Source: a virus
Taxonomy: Duplodnaviria; Caudoviricetes
Length of the DNA: 28,491 bases
Direction: 5' to 3' (one strand)
Virus record (IMG/VR): IMGVR_UViG_3300048855_000202
Location: 1-28,491 of that record
The stretch's first letter is position 1. Each line of letters begins with the position of its first letter. The notes below the pieces were generated by a model that was not told where the DNA came from, ran no database searches, and saw only the letters and a list, made by a program, of their open reading frames with translations. Shown one piece after another: positions 8,916 to 17,550 of this stretch. The position numbers were made by a program, and so were the translations under genes.

Positions 8916-9845
8916 TCAGGGTTGAAGCGTTGCGAGAAGTCCGGCGAGACCGGACCATTCATCGCCAGCGTTTGGCTGGGCGGGGCCGTCTTTCGACGGG
9001 TCGAGAGCAGCGCCTGGCGTACCCTCTTTCGGAGCAGCGCCTGGCGTGCTCCTGATTGCGTTGAGCCGGGCGCGCGCATCGGTGCGCGACATGCCAGTAG
9101 AAACCAGAGTGAGCTCCATGGAGCGGAGTTCATTGGACGACTTGTCGCGCGCCTTGGCGCCCTCGTCCTCGGTCAGGGCATCAGCAGATAGGAGCGCGTC
9201 AGCGAAGCCTCGCTCGATCGCCTGGGACCCGGACATGTAAGTCTCGGTGTCCATCCACTTCGCCACGGCCTTGGCGTCCTGCCCGGTCCGAGCGGCGTAG
9301 AGGTCGACCATGGCTTGGTCGAACGGCGCGAGCCACTCCGAGGTTTCGGCCATGTCGTGCCGGTTGCCGACGGCAATGATCCAGCAATTGTGGATCATGA
9401 TGAAAGATGCGGCACCGATCTCGATTGTATCGCCAGCCATCGCGATGATGGAGGCCGCCGAGGCCGCCATGCCCATGACTTTCACCGTGATCGGCTGCGG
9501 ATGCTCGCGCAGCACGTTGAAGATCGCGATCCCTTCGAACATGTCGCCGCCAGGCGAATTGATCTGAACTTCGATCGGTCGCGGCCCGATGGCGCGCAGT
9601 GCTGCGGCAACCGACTTGGCGGTAATGCCACCGCCCGACCAGAAGTCCTCGCCGATGACATCGAACATAGTGATGACATTGTCACCACGCTCGAGAGCGC
9701 GCAGGCCGGCTGCGTCGGTCGCCCAACGATCGAACACTTCCGGCTTGGTAAACGCGTGCACGTCCTGCCGTACTGGCAAAGGCATTGCGCCGGGGCGCGC
9801 CTTAGCCATCACGCGCGGACGATGCCGGCTATTCGTCTTCGTCAT
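8916..9845 (-). CDS. ClpP-like (S14) prohead protease
   Basis: INSPGGD, AASAASII, MIHN, ETYMS...GFAD motifs; likely start MTKTN at 9845, overlapping the portal end. Confidence 0.93.
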   Translation of the reverse strand: MTKTNSRHRPRVMAKARPGAMPLPVRQDVHAFTKPEVFDRWATDAAGLRALERGDNVITMFDVIGEDFWSGGGITAKSVAAALRAIGPRPIEVQINSPGGDMFEGIAIFNVLREHPQPITVKVMGMAASAASIIAMAGDTIEIGAASFIMIHNCWIIAVGNRHDMAETSEWLAPFDQAMVDLYAARTGQDAKAVAKWMDTETYMSGSQAIERGFADALLSADALTEDEGAKARDKSSNELRSMELTLVSTGMSRTDARARLNAIRSTPGAAPKEGTPGAALDPSKDGPAQPNAGDEWSGLAGLLATLQP

Positions 9846-11169
9846 CTTCGTCGTCCTCGGTTTTCCGCGAAGGCGTCGGCGCCGGCGGTTTCTTTCCGTC
9901 ATCCATCGGCGAGCCGCCGTTGTGTCCCATGAGACCCTGGCCGAGCTCGTCTGCGCCGTCCGATTTTGATCCGGGCATATCAAGCAGGTCGCGGACCTCG
10001 TTCTGGGTCATGAACGGCTTTGAGCCGCCTGAGCCCAGCGCCTTAGCGAAGAACTCGCCCTGCTCCGCGATTGAGCCCCGCAACAATGCGCCGGCGTTGA
10101 ACTTGATTGAGAACTTTTCCTGGTCTGCATCGTCGAGCAGCACGCGCTCGCCGGCCTGCTGCCAAGCCTCGAACCAGGGGCTCAGTGCGTACTGAACGAA
10201 AAATTGACCGAGCGCATAGATGCCCGAACCCCAGCTCGTCTCATCGACCATCAGCAGCGGACGCGGCACGCCGGTGAAGCGAGCAACTTCCTCGACCTGC
10301 ATCTTGCGGATATCGGTGAGCTGCGCGTCACGGGATGACAGCGCGATCGCTGACATCTTCATCCCCTCTTCGAGGATTAGATTTTTTCCGGCGTTCTCCG
10401 CGCCCTCTTTCGCCTCAAGGCTTCGCTGCAATCGGATGAAGGCAGCGTCCGACATCTTCTGAGGATGCTCGAGCGCGGTGCCGGCCAACACGCCGTTCTT
10501 GAACACGCGCCCAGCAGCCAGATCCGCGGCCAACGCAAGTGCGATGGCTTCCGCAGCCTGTTTGACCAACGAAATGCCGACTAGCCCGTCAAGCGACAGG
10601 CCGCGCAGATGGAAGATGTCCTTGGCTTCGTAGTCGCGGTAACCGCCGGACTTCGGCGTGTATCGGTAGAAGACGGACCAGTCATCTCGCTGTTTCGCCT
10701 CGACGCGGTCGGGATCTAGCGGGATCAATTGCGAGACGGTCTGCTTGCCTGACTTCAGGTTGAAGCTGCGCAGCACAAGCGCGTAGGCATCGCCCTTGGT
10801 CAGCGCCCGCAACTGCATCAGCACTTTGAAATCAAAGGCCGACTGCCAGCCGTTCGGCTTGCGGTGTAGCACTTTGTAGAGACTGTGCCCGACGGCCTTC
10901 TTTTTGGTATCCTCTTCAATCAACTGAAGCGGCAACATGCCGACGGCATAACTGATCAGACTGACTGCCCGGAACATGGCAGGGTTTCGCAACGCTCGCT
11001 CGACGTTGACCGATATTCCGGTCGCCGTCATGTTTCCCATACGGAGAAATTCGATGAGCCGAGGATCATCGAGCGACAGATAGGTGGACGCCTCCGCATG
11101 AATCGACGGCTCGATGCGTGCCGTCGGAGGTTGAGCCGCAGCCGGCCTGAATAGATCCAAAATGCCCAT
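9829..11169 (-). CDS. Portal protein, HK97 family
   Basis: PNGWQSAFDF, IFHLRGLSLDGLVGIS, ILEEGMK, EEVARFTGVP motifs; start at 11169 or 11178. Confidence 0.96.
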   Translation of the reverse strand: MGILDLFRPAAAQPPTARIEPSIHAEASTYLSLDDPRLIEFLRMGNMTATGISVNVERALRNPAMFRAVSLISYAVGMLPLQLIEEDTKKKAVGHSLYKVLHRKPNGWQSAFDFKVLMQLRALTKGDAYALVLRSFNLKSGKQTVSQLIPLDPDRVEAKQRDDWSVFYRYTPKSGGYRDYEAKDIFHLRGLSLDGLVGISLVKQAAEAIALALAADLAAGRVFKNGVLAGTALEHPQKMSDAAFIRLQRSLEAKEGAENAGKNLILEEGMKMSAIALSSRDAQLTDIRKMQVEEVARFTGVPRPLLMVDETSWGSGIYALGQFFVQYALSPWFEAWQQAGERVLLDDADQEKFSIKFNAGALLRGSIAEQGEFFAKALGSGGSKPFMTQNEVRDLLDMPGSKSDGADELGQGLMGHNGGSPMDDGKKPPAPTPSRKTEDDEDDEDE

Positions 11170-11174
11170 CGGCC

Positions 11175-13058
11175 TCATACCATCAAGATGCCGCGGGTTT
11201 CGTAAACCGAGGGGCCGACCTTGCCGAGATCGTTAGAAGCGGCGCCGACGGCCATGGCGGTGGTGACGATCCCGTCGATGCGCCCGCGCGACTTTGCTTT
11301 GTCGAACATCCGATTGTCTTGGCCATCGGACTCGATGATCGCGTTCGCGGCGCACATGTAAGTTACCGGCGAGTCGTCGATCGTCAGCGAGCCGTCCAGG
11401 ACGTGATCCTCGAGCTTCTCGATCGAGGTCGGCATGGTCAGCTGCTTCTCCTCGAAAACGCGGCGCTTGCCCTGATTGTGTCGAACCAACCTTAGGCCGG
11501 AACCTTCCGGCTTATCCGGGCCTTCGTACAACCAGACGTCCAACCCGATCTGCTCACAGGCAGCCATGAAGTCAGCCATGCCTGCGACGTCGTAGGCTAG
11601 AAACTCCACGTCGTGCTCGTTGACCAACCGTGCAACTTCCGCTGCGGCAAACGTCTTGTCGATCGTAGCTCCGGGCAGCGCCGTGAAGTTCACCTCGGGA
11701 TCGGCAGCCCATTCAACATATTTCGCGACGTCTCGGCGCGCCCGATCGGCAAGCCCGACCTGTGTTGTCCAGTACCACGTCTTGACGAACAGATGCTCCG
11801 GCTCACCGGTGCCCTCGTCGGCCTCTCGCTTCCAGCACGCCGACAGCGCGGTCAGGTCGTTCTTCTTCGACAGATCCAGGGACAGCCAGCACTTCTCACC
11901 CTTGTGCTCGGCGGGGTCGACCTTGCCCTGCACCGCGGCCCAAGGCTCCTCGTCCATCCAGAAGTTGACGACGCCAAGAGGGATGCCAAAGTAGAGGCGC
12001 TTGACCGACATCGCCGTCGACAGGCGCTCGCGAGCGGTCGCGATCTGGCCGCGGATGTTCTCCACGGGGAATGTGATGCCAAGCGCCGGCAGAGCTTTTA
12101 CCCAGCAATCCTCATTTTCAAAGACGGTCTCGTGATCCGCCTTGTCGACCCGCGCGATGTAGGCAAAGGCCTCATCGTCTATAAACTCGCCGCGGCAAAC
12201 TCGCTGGTAAAAGTTCGAGTATTCAGTGCCGACCAGCTGTGTCGACGCCGGCGTGTTGGTGCCCAGCAACATGAGCGCGTCGCCGGGCATCTTCGCGATC
12301 GCGCGCTGCCAGGTTTCAATTGACGACCCGCTCTTGAACTCGTGAATCTCGTCGGCCGACACCAAGATCGGGCGTGGGCCGGAGATCGCCTCGCCGTTCG
12401 CCAGCGACTGGAAAACAGAATTGGTCTCCGGGTGCTCGATCTTGAAGGCATTGTCGTGGAAACCGCGGATGATGACGTCACCGCGGGATTCCAGCGTATC
12501 ATTGTCTTCCGGGTCGGTACCCGGGATAGGCGCGCGGCACATAGACGCCGCGTCCTTGAACAGGACGTTCGCCGTCGCCTTGTCCTGCCCGATGGCATAC
12601 ACCTTGGCGCGCTTCACGCCGTAGTAGCCCATCATGTAGATGCCGATGGCGGCCATCAGCGGCGACTTCGCCTGCCCTTTCCCCGTCTCCAGCCATGCGG
12701 ACCGGAAACGCATCCGACCGCTGGCCATGCGCCAGCCGAACAGCGAGCCGACGACGAAGGTGTGCCAAGGCAATAGGTGGAAAGGCTCGCCAAGCTTGGC
12801 GCCTTCGGTGATGGACAGGACCGCCGGAAAGAACCCGATGGCATGATTGGCCTTCTCCAGATCCCAGCGAAGACCGCGCGCCGCGCCGTCAGCCAGATCC
12901 CTCAGATGTCGCTCAGCAGCAGAGCGCGCGAGTTCCCCTGAGACTATGCGCCCATCGACAACGTCGTGAGCCCATTGCGTCGTCGGGTCATTTGGGAACC
13001 GCTTTGAGATAGCCCCCGCCGACGACCGTCGGCTTTTGCCTTTGGACTTTTCCGCCAT
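11175..13058 (-). CDS. terL: Terminase large subunit
   Basis: LLPWHTF, Walker A-like GKGQAKS, Walker B ADEIHE, nuclease LDLS..DL and RIDG motifs. Confidence 0.96.
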   Translation of the reverse strand: MAEKSKGKSRRSSAGAISKRFPNDPTTQWAHDVVDGRIVSGELARSAAERHLRDLADGAARGLRWDLEKANHAIGFFPAVLSITEGAKLGEPFHLLPWHTFVVGSLFGWRMASGRMRFRSAWLETGKGQAKSPLMAAIGIYMMGYYGVKRAKVYAIGQDKATANVLFKDAASMCRAPIPGTDPEDNDTLESRGDVIIRGFHDNAFKIEHPETNSVFQSLANGEAISGPRPILVSADEIHEFKSGSSIETWQRAIAKMPGDALMLLGTNTPASTQLVGTEYSNFYQRVCRGEFIDDEAFAYIARVDKADHETVFENEDCWVKALPALGITFPVENIRGQIATARERLSTAMSVKRLYFGIPLGVVNFWMDEEPWAAVQGKVDPAEHKGEKCWLSLDLSKKNDLTALSACWKREADEGTGEPEHLFVKTWYWTTQVGLADRARRDVAKYVEWAADPEVNFTALPGATIDKTFAAAEVARLVNEHDVEFLAYDVAGMADFMAACEQIGLDVWLYEGPDKPEGSGLRLVRHNQGKRRVFEEKQLTMPTSIEKLEDHVLDGSLTIDDSPVTYMCAANAIIESDGQDNRMFDKAKSRGRIDGIVTTAMAVGAASNDLGKVGPSVYETRGILMV

Positions 13059-13494
13059 TGTTGCGCCGGCGCGGCGTAATGGTCAGTTCGGCCTCAGCGG
13101 CCGACGCCATCCCGTTCGCGTCCTTCAATACTGTGAACCACGGATTGTACGCGGGCTGCTTCTTGCCCTTGGCCGGGAACACCGCCCCTTCGTCGGCGAC
13201 ATGCCGCATGGCGATTTCGTAAAGCACGTACGCGTCGACCAGGCGCTTGACCTGCCGCTCGTTGGCGTTGGCCAGCTTCTCGGAGCCACGCAGCTCGCCG
13301 ATGATGATGCGCCACTGCCGACGCGCTAGATCATGGTCGAGTTCGTCGGTGAACTGCGCAGCCCAGCTGGGCTCGGTCAATCCCTCGACGACTGAGGGAG
13401 GCATCCGCACCGCCTGTACCGCAGCGATGCGTGGCGGCGGCGAATTCCTCGTTGGCTTGCGCCCAGCGCCCTCGCGTTTACCGCCTCTCGGCAT
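12988..13494 (-). CDS. terS: Terminase small subunit (P27-like)
   Basis: MPRGGKREGAGRKP start; NPW...ELTITPRRR end; immediately before terL. Confidence 0.9.
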   Translation of the reverse strand: MPRGGKREGAGRKPTRNSPPPRIAAVQAVRMPPSVVEGLTEPSWAAQFTDELDHDLARRQWRIIIGELRGSEKLANANERQVKRLVDAYVLYEIAMRHVADEGAVFPAKGKKQPAYNPWFTVLKDANGMASAAEAELTITPRRRNNGGKVQRQKPTVVGGGYLKAVPK

Positions 13495-13671
13495 CGTTTG
13501 ATTTCCGTTTATTCAAACAGCGGAGAAAGTTAAGCAATATCAACACTGCCACTTAGCGTCTGGCCTTTGATTGCGATGGGTCGCCTTTGATTTTTGCTCT
13601 CAGTGCGTATGCTTGACCCATACCGGTGTCCGCTCCCTTGTCTCCGAGTTTCAGACCGCCCCCTGGGGTGG
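13495..13671 (-). other. Probable cos packaging region
   Basis: Intergenic gap between HNH and terS; GCCTTTGATT direct repeats at 13563 and 13583 plus a variant at 13495. Confidence 0.5.
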
Positions 13672-14001
13672 TCATCGGTTCCATGGATGGGCGGGGTCGA
13701 GCGGCCTGCCGTTGATGTCGCTGCCGTGCACTACGCGGTGGCCGAACTGCTCTGCGGTTCTGATCTTATGGCACGCGGCACAGAGGCAGCGGATGTTGGC
13801 GTCGATATCCGGACCGTCGCAGGCCAGCGGGATGATATGGTCGGGCACCGTCGATGGAGTGAGGACGCCCTTGGCGTAGCAGTCGCGACACAGCGGCTCT
13901 GCCGCCAGGCGGCGCTGTCGCTGCGCTACACCGCGGCGACCACGAAGACGATTGGGCTCCGGCTTCCTGTTTCGGAGTCGCCTGTTGATTAGCTTCCCCA
14001 C
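13672..14001 (-). CDS. Terminase-associated HNH endonuclease (start uncertain)
   Basis: EPLCRDC...DHIIPL...NIRCLCAACHKIRT...G.PLDPAHPW. Confidence 0.92.
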   Translation of the reverse strand: MGKLINRRLRNRKPEPNRLRGRRGVAQRQRRLAAEPLCRDCYAKGVLTPSTVPDHIIPLACDGPDIDANIRCLCAACHKIRTAEQFGHRVVHGSDINGRPLDPAHPWNR

Positions 14002-14075
14002 TCTGGCGGTATCCCTGAGCGTCTCGTTCAGCTATAATGCTCCGATAGGCGCGCCAAGCAGGCAGTCGCCGAACA

Positions 14076-14384
14076 TTGGAGCGATCGACGTTGGCACCCG
14101 AAGAGCTAAGCTCGATCAAAGCCCGCTATTTTCGATCCATTGTCGCCGCAGCTCGGTCATACGACGAAGCTTCAGCCCTGCGTCTGATACGGTCGCTAGC
14201 GAATGACTTGCCGACACCTGGCCTGCCCCCGTATCTCGAGGCGGCAGAACAGGCGGCCGTAGCAGCAGTTCGGAACTTGATGGAGAACATGGTAGCGGGG
14301 GACAGTAAGTCGGTAGGCTCTTGGAACAACGCAACGCATGCTGTTCAGAACTGGCTTGTGCTGTCAGGCGACGAGCCGAAATAA
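14076..14384 (+). CDS. Hypothetical moron, antisense to the late operon (start possibly TTG at 14091)
   Basis: Helical-looking ORF; TATAAT at 14033-14038 and GGAG at 14078 upstream. Confidence 0.6.
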   Translation: MERSTLAPEELSSIKARYFRSIVAAARSYDEASALRLIRSLANDLPTPGLPPYLEAAEQAAVAAVRNLMENMVAGDSKSVGSWNNATHAVQNWLVLSGDEPK

Positions 14385-14476
14385 TGGGACGTTTGAGCGC
14401 GACGACCACATCCTCGCTCAAGCGCCAGCATGTGCCGTGGCAGTGAAATAGTGTCCAGGATACTAAACGAAAGATT

Positions 14477-14623
14477 GCCTCAGAGGCGCTCCGCGCGCAC
14501 CCGATCTACGCCGATCAGGTCGTGACCACCGCCGAAGCGGGGGTATGGGGCGTATCCCTTTTGATCGTTCGCCGCCCAACTCGCATCAGTGCAACACCGA
14601 AGCGAACACGGCTGCACTATGCG
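14477..14623 (-). promoter_or_regulatory. Structured late-leader element (tandem hairpins)
   Basis: Stems at 14582-14623, 14525-14544 (C-UUCG-G loop), 14499-14520 and 14477-14487. Confidence 0.6.
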
Positions 14624-14666
14624 GTGCGTCGTCAGTGGTGTGAGGTACAATTGACGGATTATTCGC

Positions 14667-15284
14667 TCACGACTGTGAATAACCACCAGCTATCAGCGTC
14701 GTGTCGTCGACCGTCACCTGCTTGCGGCTAAGGATCTCCATCTCGAGCAGCACCTCGACGTTCTTGCCAGCCACGTTGGTGATTTTGCCCGCCAGCTGAC
14801 CGAACATGCCGACTGGCACCTTCACAGGCTGGCCTATCTCGAACACGCCGCCGTTCGTCGACTTGATGAAGCGCCCTTGCCGCAGACATTCGATGGCAGA
14901 TTCGCGCGCGCGGATCGCTGCCACGGCATCGTCGGGCAGGATCGCCATCTTCTGCCGATCATCAGATGCACGCATGAGGTCGAAGATGCCGGGCACCTTC
15001 ATCAACGCTTCAAACTTGGTGAAGCCCGTCGGCAATACTACGAAGGAATAGCACGGGAACATCGGCCTCGGCACTTCCTGGAACTTCCCACGCGGCGCCT
15101 TTACACGCTTGTAGACCACCGGGGAATATGGTGCGAAGCCTCGCGAGGTTAGGCCACGGCTCGCCGTCTCCTCGCGATTGGGCTCGGTGATGAGGATATG
15201 CCACCTGCCTCCGCTAGCGATTTGCTGAGGTTTTGCTACGTCGATGAAGTCGACGAAGTCACCCTTTTGAAGGTGCTGGAGCAT
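14667..15284 (-). CDS. NusG-family transcription antiterminator (NGN + KOW domains)
   Basis: WHILITEPNRE...PMFPCYSFV...VPGI NGN motifs; FEIGQPVKVPVGMFGQLAGKI KOW motif; occupies the lambda Q position. Confidence 0.9.
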   Translation of the reverse strand: MLQHLQKGDFVDFIDVAKPQQIASGGRWHILITEPNREETASRGLTSRGFAPYSPVVYKRVKAPRGKFQEVPRPMFPCYSFVVLPTGFTKFEALMKVPGIFDLMRASDDRQKMAILPDDAVAAIRARESAIECLRQGRFIKSTNGGVFEIGQPVKVPVGMFGQLAGKITNVAGKNVEVLLEMEILSRKQVTVDDTTLIAGGYSQS

Positions 15285-15498
15285 GGTCGTTTCCCTGTTT
15301 TGGAGAACATGGTGGCGCTGAGACGGCTTCGAGCCCGAACTCCACAAGCTGACGCATCGCCTCGGCCAAGCTGACCCCGTGCTCGGCGGCATAGATCTGG
15401 GCCTGGCCGACCGTCTCAGTGTCGTAATAGCCGGACACGCGGAACATCTCGCTGTTGCGCAGGCGCGAGCCCCTCCCCGGCTTCTTGCGGCGCGTCAT
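15259..15498 (-). CDS. Small putative DNA-binding protein (ribbon-helix-helix-like)
   Basis: RVSGYY...YAAEHGVSLAEAMRQLVEFGL. Confidence 0.6.
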   Translation of the reverse strand: MTRRKKPGRGSRLRNSEMFRVSGYYDTETVGQAQIYAAEHGVSLAEAMRQLVEFGLEAVSAPPCSPKQGNDHAPAPSKG

Positions 15499-15879
15499 TC
15501 AGCGCCCTCGCCGCTTGTAGATCGGCCGCAGCTTCTCACGATCGGAAACCCGGTCGATCTCATTGGCGCGCTCGAGCGTCTTAGCGATATCCCGCTCGGT
15601 CCACTTGTCTCCGAACCTGGCTGCACCGATCCGGACCTGGGCCGTTTGCGACTTCGACGGACGCCGAGTGCGCGTCAGCAGCCTGATCTCATGCGGTGAT
15701 GCCGTCGGCGGGATGGCAGCAGACTTGTGCTCAACCGTTGTGCGGCTGTAGGTGGCCTCGTAGAACTTGCCCTTCAGCACCCACGCGGCGTCGCGTTTCC
15801 AGTCGCCGAAGTGCGGCTCCGGAATTGTGGGATAACTCAGGTGGGTCGCGGTCTTCGAATTCAATGAAGAGCCTCCCAT
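15499..15879 (-). CDS. Hypothetical protein, possibly 5'-truncated
   Basis: ORF abuts the next gene (TGA then ATG); 5' end is unconvincing. Confidence 0.45.
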   Translation of the reverse strand: MGGSSLNSKTATHLSYPTIPEPHFGDWKRDAAWVLKGKFYEATYSRTTVEHKSAAIPPTASPHEIRLLTRTRRPSKSQTAQVRIGAARFGDKWTERDIAKTLERANEIDRVSDREKLRPIYKRRGR

Positions 15880-16016
15880 AGACCGCGACTAGGGAGACGG
15901 GAGCCACTGCCAATTTTCCGGCGGCCACCGATATTCACCTGCCAACCTGTGTCGAGCATCTCTATCGATTTCGTTGGGGCTATGGTACTAGGCAATCCTC
16001 TGACGAGGGATGGAAC

Positions 16017-16250
16017 ATGAGGAAGATCAGCATACAGGCCGACGAGCTCGTCATGCTGATTCAAACTAGGCTTGCGGAAAGCGGGGATTGCCCCCGGGGA
16101 ACGGCTGTGGCGGTCGTCCCGAGCCGAGGTACATCGTCTGGCTGGAGCGCTGTGATGGGCCGCGGCGCTCGGTTGGCGCAATCCAAATGTGCTTCTCGAC
16201 TCGCCGAGATCGAATCGGAGTTGCAGAGGCTTTACATTCTTCGGGACTAG
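16017..16250 (+). CDS. Small hypothetical moron
   Basis: 77 aa with GAGGGA RBS; opposite strand to the surrounding operon. Confidence 0.7.
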   Translation: MRKISIQADELVMLIQTRLAESGDCPRGTAVAVVPSRGTSSGWSAVMGRGARLAQSKCASRLAEIESELQRLYILRD

Positions 16251-16255
16251 CGGGG

Positions 16256-17149
16256 TCATCGACCACCCGCCGCCTGCTCCGAATATTCGCGGTCGACCGT
16301 TACGGTGCCTTCAACCATAACGTTACGGTCACCGTTACGGATCGTCGGCTTCGGCTGGAAGAGGAAGCCGTGGGTCTTGTAGTGCTCGACCAGCGCGGCG
16401 CCCTGCAGCGGCTTGAACCCGGTCCCCGCCTCCTGGTGCTGCGGTAGCCGCTCGGCACGTTCGTCGTCGTCTAGCTTCTGGATCAGCGACTTGAAGCCCG
16501 CGTTGATGACCTCCGCCGATTTCTTGGCCATTTCGTCGTTGTCCGGCAGCACCCTGCCGGGCGTCGGCTCTTCATCCCGCCAATCAGGACGGGAGGCACC
16601 GGCCGCATGCACAGTCACCGGCGTCTTCGGTCGGAACGTGCCGACCATCAGCATATCGCGAGGCTTGTCCCGCAATGGCCGCTCGCCGCCTGGTCCAAAC
16701 CAGCCACGCAGCGCACGATCGCCCGCCTTGCCCCACCCAGCTTTAGGCGCGCGCGGCTGCTGCTGCCTCTTGAAGTCATTGACCGACACCAGCCCAGCGA
16801 GCGGTCCGGCAATCTGATCGAGGCTCCGCGCCCAAGCGATCACCACCGGTTCAAGCTCGGCTACGGCGCGCTCCAGGGCCTCCGCATCGGGATCCGGCAC
16901 GCCGAAATCATAGCGTTGCGCTCCGCCGCCCCCGCTATCGACATCAATGCCGCCGTGCCGGCCGAAGTCGTCGATCCGATCCCAGACCGCCTCCGCGGCA
17001 GAGGTCTGGCGCTTGGACAGTTCGTCGCGCCAGGCCCACCGCAGCGCCATCTCAACGTCGATTTCCGTTTTCGGCGTAGCAATGTTTGCTTTTTGCTTCA
17101 CTTTTCTAATCCGTCTCTTGTCGGCCATTGCGAGATTGCTTCTGACCAT
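16256..17149 (-). CDS. Phage hypothetical protein (nin-like region)
   Basis: 297 aa; IDVEMALRWAWRDELSK and PDPDAEALERAV motifs recalled from Rhizobiales prophage proteins. Confidence 0.75.
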   Translation of the reverse strand: MVRSNLAMADKRRIRKVKQKANIATPKTEIDVEMALRWAWRDELSKRQTSAAEAVWDRIDDFGRHGGIDVDSGGGGAQRYDFGVPDPDAEALERAVAELEPVVIAWARSLDQIAGPLAGLVSVNDFKRQQQPRAPKAGWGKAGDRALRGWFGPGGERPLRDKPRDMLMVGTFRPKTPVTVHAAGASRPDWRDEEPTPGRVLPDNDEMAKKSAEVINAGFKSLIQKLDDDERAERLPQHQEAGTGFKPLQGAALVEHYKTHGFLFQPKPTIRNGDRNVMVEGTVTVDREYSEQAAGGR

Positions 17150-17165
17150 CGGCGGCGGCTCTCAA

Positions 17166-17483
17166 TCAATGGCGCTGCAGCCACGTTAACGGCCGGCCGA
17201 ATAACTTGGCATCGGCCCTGCCAGCGACCTCGACGACCAGAAAGCCGTCGCCGTGCACGGTCGCATCGTCAAGCACCGACCGAATGATCTCGATAGGCTT
17301 CGACGACTGCATGAAAACCCCAAATGTGAGACCCTCCGCTGAGCGAAATACTTGCTCCATGTTTCCCTTGCAGAGGCTCGAGATTTGCTTCTGAATTTCC
17401 GGGACACGCTTCGCCAGTTCAGGGATCGACGTATCAGCCCTGAATTGTACGATGACGAGGTATTTCGAATTGTGCTCATCCAT
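17166..17483 (-). CDS. Small accessory protein, possible ferredoxin-like (Cas2/VapD-like) fold
   Basis: GGAGGA RBS before MDEHNSK at 17483; alternating beta/alpha hydrophobic pattern ending in WL. Confidence 0.65.
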   Translation of the reverse strand: MDEHNSKYLVIVQFRADTSIPELAKRVPEIQKQISSLCKGNMEQVFRSAEGLTFGVFMQSSKPIEIIRSVLDDATVHGDGFLVVEVAGRADAKLFGRPLTWLQRH

Positions 17484-17550
17484 TTGATGTCCTCCAGAAC
17501 CTGACCGATCGATGTTGATCATGCTCATCATTTTCACCGGTACGAGCGGT

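Noticed and set aside
8067-9191. 374-aa plus-strand ORF
   Set aside because: Antisense shadow of the capsid and protease genes, expected from GC-rich codon bias
9846-9983. N-terminal extension of the protease
   Set aside because: Lies inside the portal gene; the Arg-rich sequence is an off-frame artefact
11613-12323. 236-aa plus-strand ORF
   Set aside because: Antisense to terL; no motifs
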